Below are positions 1 through 8,563 of a stretch of DNA of 30,146 nt, in pieces. The notes below the pieces were generated by a model, which was given only the letters and a program-made list of their open reading frames with translations, did no database searches and had not been told where the DNA came from. The stretch is from contig CAID01000007.2 of the NCBI GenBank assembly GCA_000214015.2, positions 250,927 to 281,072 of the forward strand. The letters are read 5' to 3'. The stretch is from Ostreococcus tauri (Eukaryota). Every line of letters starts with the position of its first letter. Positions within the stretch are counted from its first letter, which is position 1. A program made the position numbers and the translations under genes.

Positions 1-1019
1 AGTATAGTCATGTTGTACTGGTGGACAAGATCGAAAAATTGCTTGTGGCGCTTTGACAGCTTCAACGTGTAAATACGCAGCGTGTTCACGCCAGCAGCAG
101 CCATGAGCGGTACATCGCGTTCAAATATTCCAGCGTATTCATTGGTAAAAAAGTCGCCGTACGGCTCGAACCAGTCCGGATCCCAGCCAATAGGGACTGG
201 GGAATAACAAATTGCGCGCATCAGCCATGGTTTACCGTCGAGGTACAATGTACGACCTAATCGACGCACGCGTCCCGTGTCCCACGTGGTGTTTAACAAC
301 GGTGGATCCAAGAAACGCTTGAGATATTGCTTCGCCGATCGTCTGCCGTTTTCAAAGTCGTCGTCAACGAAGGCTGGATCGTAAATCTCATCGTCGCTCA
401 ACGCGAGCCCTGGCTGAAGAGTTCCCGCCTTGGACTTTGTGCGACCATCCCTATCTTTGTCGTCCTTGGATCCGCGCGATTCGCCTTCCGCTACATTTTT
501 CGCACTTTGCGAGCGTTGTGACGTCTGCCCCAGCGAAGGAAGCAGTCGCGAACTACGCGCTACTTTGCCCATCGTCTCCTCGATCGCCCTCGGCCTCGGC
601 TCGTTGAAGTCCCACACCGTCCCTGATAAATGCTCATTCAACGCATCGACGTCGATCCCACGTCCGACGTCACCATTTCCATCGTACACACCAAAATCTG
701 CCGATCGCGCCGTTCCGAGATCACCGTCCGAGACGCCGACGCGCGCACCAACACCCTCGCGCGCGTCGACTCGCGCGCGCCCGTCCGACGTCGCGCCCCC
801 CCCCCCGCGCGCCCCCCATTCCCCCGAGGTCGATCCCACGTCCACGTACCCGGACGATATCGCGAACGCGACCCCCAGCGCGCCCGCGAGCGCGATCCAC
901 GCCCGTCGGTCGAGCGCGACCGTCCGCCAGCTTTCTCGGCGACCCGCACGCCGTGCTCTCTCGCCCGCGCCCTCCCGCGCGCGCGCGCCGAGCATCGGCG
1001 CGCGCTCCGCCGCGCTCAT
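1..1019 (-). CDS. Signal-anchor (type II) membrane protein with a glycoside-hydrolase-like (clan GH-A / GH72-like TIM-barrel) domain. The 3' end runs off the window.
   Basis: This ORF is absent from the track because no stop lies in the window. My reverse-complement translation is open from the ATG at 1019..1017 down to position 1. It begins MSAAERAPMLGARAREGAGERARRAGRRESWRTVALDRRAWIALAGALGVAFAISSGYVDV, an Arg-rich tail followed by a hydrophobic anchor. Further on it reads RTLYLDGKPWLMRAICYSPVPIGWDPDWFEPYGDFFTNEYAGIFERDVPLMAAAGVNTLRIYTLKLSKRHKQFFDLVHQYN. The layout (beta-strand, RG/A-x-x-Y-x-P, then RD-x-P-x-M, then G-x-N-x-x-R-x-Y) resembles Gas/GH72 and other GH-A enzymes. The family call is weak. 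Confidence 0.6.
   Translation of the reverse strand, partial: MSAAERAPMLGARAREGAGERARRAGRRESWRTVALDRRAWIALAGALGVAFAISSGYVDVGSTSGEWGARGGGGATSDGRARVDAREGVGARVGVSDGDLGTARSADFGVYDGNGDVGRGIDVDALNEHLSGTVWDFNEPRPRAIEETMGKVARSSRLLPSLGQTSQRSQSAKNVAEGESRGSKDDKDRDGRTKSKAGTLQPGLALSDDEIYDPAFVDDDFENGRRSAKQYLKRFLDPPLLNTTWDTGRVRRLGRTLYLDGKPWLMRAICYSPVPIGWDPDWFEPYGDFFTNEYAGIFERDVPLMAAAGVNTLRIYTLKLSKRHKQFFDLVHQYNMTI
796..806. repeat. C11/G11 homopolymer inside the coding region of the first gene.
   Basis: Eleven consecutive C on the plus strand encode part of ARGGGGAT on the minus strand. Confidence 0.9.
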
Positions 1020-1271
1020 CTCCCTCGCCCCGGTCGCCGTGGACGCTGGCCGTGGCGACGCCGCGACGGATGACGCGCGCGCGCGATGCGGGCGCGGGCG
1101 ATGGGCGCGCGTCCCATACTTTGCGCAGTATTCACCGATCAATGCGACTCGTCGATCGATCACCCGTCGCGCGCCCGCGATGCGATCGCCCTCGACCGCG
1201 ACGTCGACCGGCACGACCTCGCGCGCGCGCCCGGGACGATCGCACCGAGGCCCGGACGTCGCGCGGGGAAG

Positions 1272-3152
1272 ATGGCGCGCGCGACCGCGCGCGCGATGGC
1301 ATCGTCCACGCGCGCGACGCCGCGACGATGGGACATCGCGTCGAGCGCGGCGCGCGTGGTGACAATGGTGTTGGCGCTCGCGACGACGCGCTCGACCGTC
1401 GCGCGGGCGAGCGAGGATGAAGCGACGGGAGAGATGGAAGAAGAGTTGACCACGGCGTCGCTCGGGGGCGAGAGAGCGCGCGAGTGGGGCGTCGCGCGCG
1501 GTATCGCGAGCTTGAACGCGAAGCCTTTGAATTATAGGGGGGCGCTCGAGGTCGCCGGCTTGGGAAGCGCGCAGCGCGCGAATGGTGCCGGGTTCGACGT
1601 GACGTTGACGGAGTTTGAGCACTATATGAAGTTACACGGGAGAGATAGGGCGGCGTACTGCCAGCGAAAGGAGGGAAACGCGAAGGGAGCGCGAACGTGC
1701 AGGCAGGCGCTCGCGGAGGCTGAAGAGAGTTTCCTACGTAACCGCCACACCGTGCGACAACACAACAAGGACTCGAGCAGCACTTACAAGTTGCGCCTGA
1801 ACAAGTTTGCGGATCGTGATCCGGACGAGTTCCACGCGACGCAGTACAAGTATCGCGCGCGACCGATCACCGCGGAGCACGAGACGCAACTCGCAGCGAA
1901 GCGTGATGCGCGCACGAGCGCAAACGAAATGCAGTTGGGGAGCTCAGAAGGTCAGAATCGAGCGCTCCCGAAGTCATTCAACTGGGGTGATGTCCCCAAC
2001 GTAATGGGACGTGTGCACAGTCAGAAACCGGACTGTGCCTCGTGTTGGGCGTACGTGACGACGGATATTCTCGAGTCTCTCATGGTCATTCACAACATCT
2101 CAAACTCACACGAGGAGTTGGCGGTAGACGAGCTCATCAACTGTGATACTTACGACAGTGGGTGCGCCACTGGTAACATGTTCACTGCCTTTGAGTGGAT
2201 CGAGACCGTGGGAGGTCTCTCTGGAAACGATAAATTTGCATCTGTCCTTGCCGACGTCGGCAGCCGCCCATTGAACTGGTTCACATCTGATGAGTTCAAG
2301 ACAAAGGCGAGAAGTAATGAGTTACAAGACGAATTTGAGGCGATGCCTGACCCTCACTTCGAAACGATGCCGCAAACGAAACCGGGCGTGACGCTCGAGA
2401 AGATTCAGGAGGCTGCGTGCTCGTCGGCCGTGCGGCCACAAATTCCGCGAAAGGTGCAAGTACTTGGATATTGCGAGCTTTCGCTGAGCGGTGGTGAAAA
2501 GGAGCTGATGTATGCCCTCATGAAGTCACCAGTCGCGATCGGCGTGAATGCGAACTCGAAGTTTCAGCTTTATGACTCGGGCATCTTGCGCATGAAAGAC
2601 TGTCCTCCAGCTTATCATACGGCAAATACGATGTACACATCCATCAATCACGCCGTTTTGTTGACCGGATGGGGCGAGGAAACGATGCCGAATGGAGAAA
2701 TTGTGAAGTATTGGAAATTGAAGAATAGTTTTGGGTCTGATTGGGGCGAGAATGGTTACTTTCGTCTTGAACGAGGACCGCTGACATCAGAAGGACTGGG
2801 CACATGTGGTATGTACTTTGAAAGCGTTTACCCAATCCTCAAGTTACCGGGAGCGGAAAGGAAGTGTACGCCCGGCGCATCTTTCCGAACAGACTACTAC
2901 CGCGCTCTCATGGCCGCGCACGCGCGAGCAGGCGCATGGCGAAGTATCACTCCCAACTCAAAAATACCCAGTGTTGAGGAACGTGATGGGAACGGGTACA
3001 TTCTCCTATTCGGTGCGGTTATGGTCACGGTGATGACGTTAATGATCGCGTTTGTGACTCGCGTGAATTCGTTGCGCAAATCGTTGGATCATGAAGCGCG
3101 TGCGCCTCTTTTGCCGAACGATGGAGCAAGTCACGTCTCGCAAATTGTGTGA
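1272..3152 (+). CDS. Papain-family (C1A) cysteine protease A: signal peptide, I29 propeptide, peptidase domain and a C-terminal TM anchor.
   Basis: From ORF 1086..3152. The propeptide is ERFNIN-like: AEESFLRNRHTVRQHNKDSSSTYKLRLNKFADRDPDEF. The catalytic residues are Gln/Cys in SQKPDCASCWAY (Cys codon 2043..2045), His in INHAVLLTGWG, and Asn/Trp in WKLKNSFGSDWGENGYFRLERG. The C-terminal hydrophobic helix YILLFGAVMVTVMTLMIAFVT lies at 2997..3059. I chose the ATG at 1272 (MARATARAMASS...VVTMVLALATT, signal-like). ATGs at 1086 and 1101 are also in frame. Confidence 0.9.
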   Translation: MARATARAMASSTRATPRRWDIASSAARVVTMVLALATTRSTVARASEDEATGEMEEELTTASLGGERAREWGVARGIASLNAKPLNYRGALEVAGLGSAQRANGAGFDVTLTEFEHYMKLHGRDRAAYCQRKEGNAKGARTCRQALAEAEESFLRNRHTVRQHNKDSSSTYKLRLNKFADRDPDEFHATQYKYRARPITAEHETQLAAKRDARTSANEMQLGSSEGQNRALPKSFNWGDVPNVMGRVHSQKPDCASCWAYVTTDILESLMVIHNISNSHEELAVDELINCDTYDSGCATGNMFTAFEWIETVGGLSGNDKFASVLADVGSRPLNWFTSDEFKTKARSNELQDEFEAMPDPHFETMPQTKPGVTLEKIQEAACSSAVRPQIPRKVQVLGYCELSLSGGEKELMYALMKSPVAIGVNANSKFQLYDSGILRMKDCPPAYHTANTMYTSINHAVLLTGWGEETMPNGEIVKYWKLKNSFGSDWGENGYFRLERGPLTSEGLGTCGMYFESVYPILKLPGAERKCTPGASFRTDYYRALMAAHARAGAWRSITPNSKIPSVEERDGNGYILLFGAVMVTVMTLMIAFVTRVNSLRKSLDHEARAPLLPNDGASHVSQIV

Positions 3153-3374
3153 GAGTGTTTTAGAGATCGCGTTGTGTAATGATGACGAACGTTAGCTTCC
3201 AGCGATTATCAAGACCACGCGCGTGGCGTATTTATTACATCGTCAATTTCTTCTCTAATTGGGCGAGTCACGCGTCCATCGTATACAGAATGAGATAAAG
3301 GTGCGGCTTGCGAGAACATGCAAGAAATGTATTGTCGTTGAGCTTTTGTCTCAGTTCAGCTCACCGCCAAGCAG

Positions 3375-4388
3375 TCAAGTTGATTCCTCGAACGATCGAC
3401 TGGCATCGCATTCATCAGTGAGACACTCACCAGTATCTTCTTCGACTGCCTTTGTGGCCAACTTACCCACGTATCCCGCGCTGAAAGCGGCCAGTCCAAT
3501 GCCGAAGGCAGTTGAGAGAAGCGCTCCGAGACCCGCCGTGCCCTCAACAGCTTGCCTCGTCGCCATACCCGCGGATACGTACGCGAAGGTACCCGGCATC
3601 ATTCCAAAGAAGGATCCGATTACGTACGACCGGAATTTTACCGAGGTCAGGCCGTAGAGATAGTTGCTGATTGCGAACGGCATCAAAGGCGAGAGTCGCA
3701 TGATGCAGACAACTCGCAGACTGTCCTCTCCAATGGCTTTATCGATCGCCTTGAACTTCGGGTAACCGTCCGCAATCTTCCGAACCTTATCCCTCGCCAC
3801 ATATCGAGAGATAAGAAACGCGATAGTGGCCGCTATCGTCGCCGACACTGTGACGAGAAGAGTGCCGGAGTACGTGCCGAACAAGGCGCCCGCCGACATT
3901 GTCAACGGAAACGCCGGCACCGCCAGCACCTCCAACGCGACATATCCCACCAAGAATAGTGCGTAACCTGTCGGACCGAGTGAATCGACGTAATCGACGA
4001 AAACACCGAGCGAACCGATGATGTCATCTTTAAACGTGATCCCGCTCACCGCCAGCGCGACCAACGCGGTTATGCTGACAATAAGACTCACGTTCACCCC
4101 CTTCTCCCCCGACCCCTCACTCCCGAGCACGACCGCGCTCGATTCATCTTCTCTTTCCGTCATCCCACCGTCGTTCACATCCGCGCATCCGACACCGTCG
4201 TCGTCCTTCAACACGGCGCGCAATCGCGTCTGACGCTTCGTCGCCCCCTCCGGAGCACCCACCCACGCGCGCGTCTCGATCGAACGCCCGCGTCCAACGA
4301 CACCCGCACCCACGGATCGTCGTCGTCGTTCGCGCGCGATCCCTCCCGCCCGCGCGTTCGCGCGCACGGCCACCGCGCGCGTCGCCAT
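3375..4388 (-). CDS. TVP38/TMEM64 (DedA / SNARE-associated Golgi protein family) membrane protein with a transit-peptide-like N-terminus.
   Basis: This is the C-terminal 337 codons of ORF 3375..5276. Multiple TM helices are present, and the family-typical core reads AVPAFPLTMSAGALFGTYSGTLLVTVSATIAATIAFLISRYVARDKV...LRVVCIMRLSPLMPFAISNYLYGLTSVKFRSYVIGSFFGMMPGT. The start is the ATG at 4388 (MATRAVAVRANARAGG...). The upstream part of the ORF is antisense to the transporter gene and is not credible. Confidence 0.85.
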   Translation of the reverse strand: MATRAVAVRANARAGGIARERRRRSVGAGVVGRGRSIETRAWVGAPEGATKRQTRLRAVLKDDDGVGCADVNDGGMTEREDESSAVVLGSEGSGEKGVNVSLIVSITALVALAVSGITFKDDIIGSLGVFVDYVDSLGPTGYALFLVGYVALEVLAVPAFPLTMSAGALFGTYSGTLLVTVSATIAATIAFLISRYVARDKVRKIADGYPKFKAIDKAIGEDSLRVVCIMRLSPLMPFAISNYLYGLTSVKFRSYVIGSFFGMMPGTFAYVSAGMATRQAVEGTAGLGALLSTAFGIGLAAFSAGYVGKLATKAVEEDTGECLTDECDASRSFEEST

Positions 4389-4752
4389 CGTTCGCCTTCT
4401 CGGCGTTCGCCCTCGCTCGAGCCGCCCGTCGCGCGCGCCGACGTCCACGCTCGACCGCGCGCGAGGACGTCGACGCGACGCCTCGACGCCGCGCTCGCAC
4501 CCTCGTCGGCGCGCGCGCGGTGAACGACGCGCGTCGCGGCGTCGCGGCGTCGTCGGCGCCGCGTCGTCGTCGCGGCCGTCGCTGGTGTCCGCGGTGGTGA
4601 CAGCGATGGGGTTAAAATACGCTCCAAAGCGTCGCGCGCGGACGATGTGGTGTGGATAAGCACGTATGCGCGAACAGTGTGTAGGGTATAGACGGATAAA
4701 AAACACGCCGCGCGCGCGCCGGTCGACGCCGCGCCACGCCTCGACGGTCGAG
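4389..4752. promoter_or_regulatory. Divergent spacer (presumed bidirectional promoter) between the TVP38-like and SLC35B-like genes.
   Basis: The head-to-head ATGs are at 4388 (minus strand) and 4753 (plus strand), or 4666. The spacer is GC/CpG-rich. Confidence 0.35.
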
Positions 4753-5823
4753 ATGGCGATCGCGCGCGCGGTGGAACTCGGTGTCGCCGTCGCGGGCGTC
4801 TTCGCCGCGTTCGGCGCGTTCGCGGTCGCGCAGGAGGACGTGTACAAGCGAACGTACGGCGATGGGAGATTCGCGGCGACGTTTTTCGTCCTGGCGTGCG
4901 AGCGCGCGGTGAACTGCGCGTTCGCGCTCTTGGGATTGATTCTCGTCGGTGGATCAGGAGTCGTCGTCCCTCGCAGAGACGTGCTGAGTAGTGGGGCGTC
5001 ACAGATGCTCGCGATGGCGGCGAGCAACGAGGCGCTGCGATACGTCTCGTACCCGACGCAAGTGCTCGGAAAGTCGTGCAAAATGGTCCCGGTCGTCGTC
5101 GGGGGGCTGGTTCTCGGTGGAAGGACGTTCACGGCGTCGCAGTACATGAGCACGGCGTTTATCACGATCGGGGTGGTGGTGTTTAACTTGGGGGCGGACG
5201 CGAGGAGGGCGAGCGGCGTCGACAGCGCGTACGGACTTACCCTGATTGGAGTGTCGCTGGTCATGGACGCCATCACGGGAGGCTTGCAAGATCGCGTGAA
5301 GAGATCGACGAAAGCGCTGAATCAGGGGCGGGCGAACGCGAGACCGAGCGTGTACGAGAGCATGCTGTACACCAATCTGAGCGGCGCCGTGGTCGCCGTT
5401 GGCTTCGCGCTCGTCACCAGACAGATGGAGACCGGTTTACGCGCGTGCCTTGAGCACGCCGAACTCGCCCGTGCTGTGCTCGTGTACTCGTTTGCGAGTG
5501 CCATCGGCCAGAACTTCATATATTACACCATCACCAATTTTGACGTTCTCGTGCTCACAACGGTGACGACAACGCGCAAAATTTTCTCCACAGTGTACTC
5601 CGTGTTCAGGGATCCTAGCAACGAATTGAACCGGACGCAGTGGTTTGGATGCAGCTTGGTGTTCACATTCCTCGCCCTCGACGCGGTGACGTCGTCTCTT
5701 CGCTCGGGTGTCGCGCGTAAGACGGCCGACGTCACAAAGTCGGCTCCGTCCAAGTCTCAAAAAGCGCTCGACAGCGCCTCCAGCACGACCATTCGTCGTC
5801 GTTCCGCGCGTCGAGCGTCCTAG
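4753..5823 (+). CDS. Nucleotide-sugar / PAPS transporter, UAA (SLC35B-like) family.
   Basis: From ORF 4666..5823. It is a polytopic membrane protein with the conserved block ASNEALRYVSYPTQVLGKSCKMVPVVVGGLVLGGRTFTASQYMS, typical of SLC35B/UAA transporters. The preferred start is the ATG at 4753 (MAIARAVELGVAVAG...). An ATG at 4666 is possible. Confidence 0.85.
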   Translation: MAIARAVELGVAVAGVFAAFGAFAVAQEDVYKRTYGDGRFAATFFVLACERAVNCAFALLGLILVGGSGVVVPRRDVLSSGASQMLAMAASNEALRYVSYPTQVLGKSCKMVPVVVGGLVLGGRTFTASQYMSTAFITIGVVVFNLGADARRASGVDSAYGLTLIGVSLVMDAITGGLQDRVKRSTKALNQGRANARPSVYESMLYTNLSGAVVAVGFALVTRQMETGLRACLEHAELARAVLVYSFASAIGQNFIYYTITNFDVLVLTTVTTTRKIFSTVYSVFRDPSNELNRTQWFGCSLVFTFLALDAVTSSLRSGVARKTADVTKSAPSKSQKALDSASSTTIRRRSARRAS

Positions 5824-6007
5824 AATATTTAATGACATCATTCAACGTCGCGCGCGTCGTGCGCGCGGTCGCGCCTTCGGACGCGGGACGCGTCGCCGTC
5901 GCGTCGCTCAACTTTTCCCAAAACAAAACACCCGATCTCGCCTCGAATGGTCCCAACACCCACGCATCCACCCATGGTCCAAATTACGCCGCGCGCACAC
6001 GATCAAG

Positions 6008-7831
6008 ATGCCGCGACGACGCTCGCGCGCGACGAAAACGTCGACGATGATCATCGCCGTCGCGTGCGCGGCCGCGGGAACGAGCGCGGCGAAGACGAGC
6101 GACGACGCCAACCGCGCGCCGATGCGCGGGGGCAGGCACGAGCGCGCGTTTCAAGACTTCTTAAACCGCTACGGAAAGGTGTACTGCGACGGGGGGAGCA
6201 CAAAGGCGGTGTGTAAGACGTCGTTACGTCGTCAGGAGGTGTACTTCGCGAACATGGTGATGTACGAGAAACACAACTCGAACGAGCGCGCGTCGTACAG
6301 GGTGCGGGAGACGAAATTCAGCGACCTCACCGAGGAGGAGTTCGCGCAGAGATGGCTCACGTACACACCCGTCAAGTCGCTTGACACGGCGCTTGGGCTT
6401 GGGCTGGACATCGATGAACCGTCGGAGTCCACGCTCGGGGGGGCGGAGGGCGAGACGGGGCTTGGGGAGACGAAGGGGAAGTTCGCGCGGCGCGCGAGGT
6501 GGTCGCGACAGCAGCGCGAGAGGGCGCGAGCGAACCTTCGAGCGCAGGAGAACAGACAAGGACAACCGGACACGGCAGTTGAGGGTGCTTCCGATGCGAG
6601 CGGTGGTTTGGGTGCGACGGGTGAGCCGCCGAAGGGCTACCCGGAGCAATTCACTTGGCGCTCACCTCCCGCCGGTTACGGTAACGTCGTCGGTCTGGTG
6701 CACGACCAACAGGATATGTGCGCGTCGTGCTGGGCCTTCGTCACCGCTGATTCCATCGCGAGTCGCATCGCGGTCATTAACAAGGGCGATGATGCCCCTC
6801 GATTGAGCGTGAAGCAGCTCATGGCCTGCGACGACATCGATCACGCGTGCTCCACGGGAAATATGTACACGGCGTACGAGTGGCTCGGACAGCATGGAGG
6901 CATCAGCACCATGGAAGACTACAATGAGAAGGTCCCGGGTGAGCGCGAGGACGACCCCGAAGCGCAGTGCGCCGCGGAAGCGGAGCACAAATATAACACG
7001 CCCGCCATGTGCGATTTGGAGCAGGTCCTGGGTGAGGAACCACTGTACAGGGCGATCTACGAGCGCGGGCCGGTGGCGGTAGGCATCAACGCGAATAGAC
7101 TGCAAGCTTACGATGATGGTGTCATCATGATGGATGATTGCCATCCGCTTGGTCGCGGAATCTCGTCAATCAATCACGCTGTGCTCGTCGTCGGCTGGGG
7201 AGTCACGAAGGATGGCATCAAGTATTGGGAGCTCAAGAATTCCTACGGACCCAAATGGGGGGACCAAGGTTTCTTCAAGCTCGAGCGCGGTCGTATCGGT
7301 GCGCATGGTTTCGGTACGTGCGGTCTTCTGTTCGAATCCGTGTACCCAATCGTGACTACGGGCAAATCGGCGCCGTCCACTGACGCCCCGTGCGTCGAGG
7401 GTTCTGTGCAAAAGGTATCATACTACCGCAATGAAACGCTGAACCCGGGCGCGGGGCTTGGTGATGATACCGATATCAATCAGGACAACATGGGTGCCGC
7501 AATGACCCCGAAATCCGATTCGGCAAAGCTCGCTCTGAATGTGGAGCCACGCGACAAGGACGTCGCTCCGCTGAGCCACGTGAAAAACATGAAAGCTGAC
7601 AAGGGTGCGAAGCGACGCGGCGAATACCATGCGATCATGGCGTCTCTCGGAAACGCGCAAACTTCCACTGGACGCTCCAATCTCGACATCAACATCATTG
7701 CGCCGCTGGGAGCGTGCGTGGCTCTCATCATCGCCGTGGTTGTCGCCGCACGTCGCCAAGTCATCGAGTCCCACGAAGAGTCCGCGGCTCTCCTCGCCGA
7801 GAACGTCCCACACGGCTCGACCTTGGTCTGA
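6008..7831 (+). CDS. Papain-family (C1A) cysteine protease B, a paralog of protease A with the same architecture including a C-terminal TM anchor.
   Basis: From ORF 5708..7831; the 5' part overlaps the preceding gene and starts on a non-ATG codon. The ATG at 6008 gives MPRRRSRATKTSTMIIAVACAAAGTSAA, a signal peptide. The propeptide reads FANMVMYEKHNSNERASYRVRETKFSDLTEEEF. The catalytic residues are Cys in QQDMCASCWAFVT (codon 6728..6730), His in INHAVLVVGWG, and Asn/Trp in WELKNSYGPKWGDQGFFKLERG. The TM helix IIAPLGACVALIIAVVVAA lies at 7694..7750. Confidence 0.9.
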   Translation: MPRRRSRATKTSTMIIAVACAAAGTSAAKTSDDANRAPMRGGRHERAFQDFLNRYGKVYCDGGSTKAVCKTSLRRQEVYFANMVMYEKHNSNERASYRVRETKFSDLTEEEFAQRWLTYTPVKSLDTALGLGLDIDEPSESTLGGAEGETGLGETKGKFARRARWSRQQRERARANLRAQENRQGQPDTAVEGASDASGGLGATGEPPKGYPEQFTWRSPPAGYGNVVGLVHDQQDMCASCWAFVTADSIASRIAVINKGDDAPRLSVKQLMACDDIDHACSTGNMYTAYEWLGQHGGISTMEDYNEKVPGEREDDPEAQCAAEAEHKYNTPAMCDLEQVLGEEPLYRAIYERGPVAVGINANRLQAYDDGVIMMDDCHPLGRGISSINHAVLVVGWGVTKDGIKYWELKNSYGPKWGDQGFFKLERGRIGAHGFGTCGLLFESVYPIVTTGKSAPSTDAPCVEGSVQKVSYYRNETLNPGAGLGDDTDINQDNMGAAMTPKSDSAKLALNVEPRDKDVAPLSHVKNMKADKGAKRRGEYHAIMASLGNAQTSTGRSNLDINIIAPLGACVALIIAVVVAARRQVIESHEESAALLAENVPHGSTLV

Positions 7832-7943
7832 ATCACTCTTTGTAAGGTAATATAACAATGACGGACGATTTTCGTTGACATACGCGTGACGCTCGCTTCG
7901 TCCGCACTAGTTGCCTCACCACTCCCCCAAGGTCGCCCGCGTC

Positions 7944-8516
7944 ATGAACTTCGTGCGCGACGTCGCGCACTCACTCGAGCGCACACTCGGTATTTCCTCC
8001 GCGGACGACCTAGACCTCAGGCGTACCGACGTTGCCGCCGTCTCGCACGCGCTGGGCGAGCTCGGGAGATTACAATCTGAGCTCTCTCGCTCGGCGCCCT
8101 CTGTAGACGCTTCGGACGTCCAGAAGGCGCGATTCACCGCGACTTGGACCTTGGCGCACAGCGCTGACGCGCGACACAACACGCGAGCGATTCAGATGTT
8201 GGAGTCGAACGGAAGAGGAGAAGCTGAAAGCGTCGAGCGCAGGGCGGAGCGGTGGCGAGACGACTTCGGCGAGGCGGCGACGGATCGAGACTTACACTAC
8301 CTGAGAGCAGTCGCACACTACAACGGAAGGGATTACGAAAAGGCTCGAGCGGCGGCGTTCGATGCACTGCGCTGCGATCCGGAGTGTCGGCAGGCGGCGG
8401 ACGTGCGAGAGGCGGCGGAGGAGGCGCTCGCGCGAGACGGTTTGGTCGCCGCGGGAGCGATCGCGGCGGTCGGGCTGGCGGTGATAGGGGCGGCCGCCGC
8501 GACGTCGAAAAGGTGA
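7944..8516 (+). CDS. FIS1: Mitochondrial/peroxisomal fission protein FIS1 (TPR-like, tail-anchored).
   Basis: From ORF 7911..8516, with the first ATG at 7944 (MNFVRDVAHS). FIS1-like blocks include KARFTATWTLAHSADARHNTRAIQMLE. A second block, DLHYLRAVAHYNGRDYEKARAAAFDALRCDPECRQAADVREAAEEALARDGLVAAGAIAAVGLAVIGAAAATSKR, is a TPR hairpin followed by a C-terminal tail anchor with a basic end. Confidence 0.8.
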   Translation: MNFVRDVAHSLERTLGISSADDLDLRRTDVAAVSHALGELGRLQSELSRSAPSVDASDVQKARFTATWTLAHSADARHNTRAIQMLESNGRGEAESVERRAERWRDDFGEAATDRDLHYLRAVAHYNGRDYEKARAAAFDALRCDPECRQAADVREAAEEALARDGLVAAGAIAAVGLAVIGAAAATSKR

Positions 8517-8550
8517 GAACATGACTCCCGTTCGTGGCATTAATGTTTCG

Positions 8551-8562
8551 TGTAATTTTACA
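8551..8562. terminator. Inverted pair of UGUAA candidate polyadenylation signals in the 47-bp spacer between the convergent FIS1 and ABCF genes.
   Basis: The sequence is TGTAA-TT-TTACA. TGTAA on the plus strand (8551..8555) lies 35 nt after the FIS1 stop. TGTAA on the minus strand (8562..8558) lies 2 nt after the ABCF stop at 8564..8566. Confidence 0.45.
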
Positions 8563-8563
8563 T

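Noticed and set aside
430-1362. A 310-aa plus-strand ORF (with overlapping ORFs 630..1073 and 953..1420), rich in Arg/Pro/Ser/Ala.
   Set aside because: It is low-complexity. It runs antisense to the recovered minus-strand gene (1..1019) and across the divergent spacer. This is the typical stop-poor shadow frame of CGCG-rich DNA, with no recognisable domain.
4389-5276. The N-terminal 296 codons of the 633-aa minus-strand ORF 3375..5276.
   Set aside because: This portion is antisense to the well-supported SLC35B-like transporter and has no homology signal. The TVP38-like homology and a transit-peptide-like Met begin at 4388.
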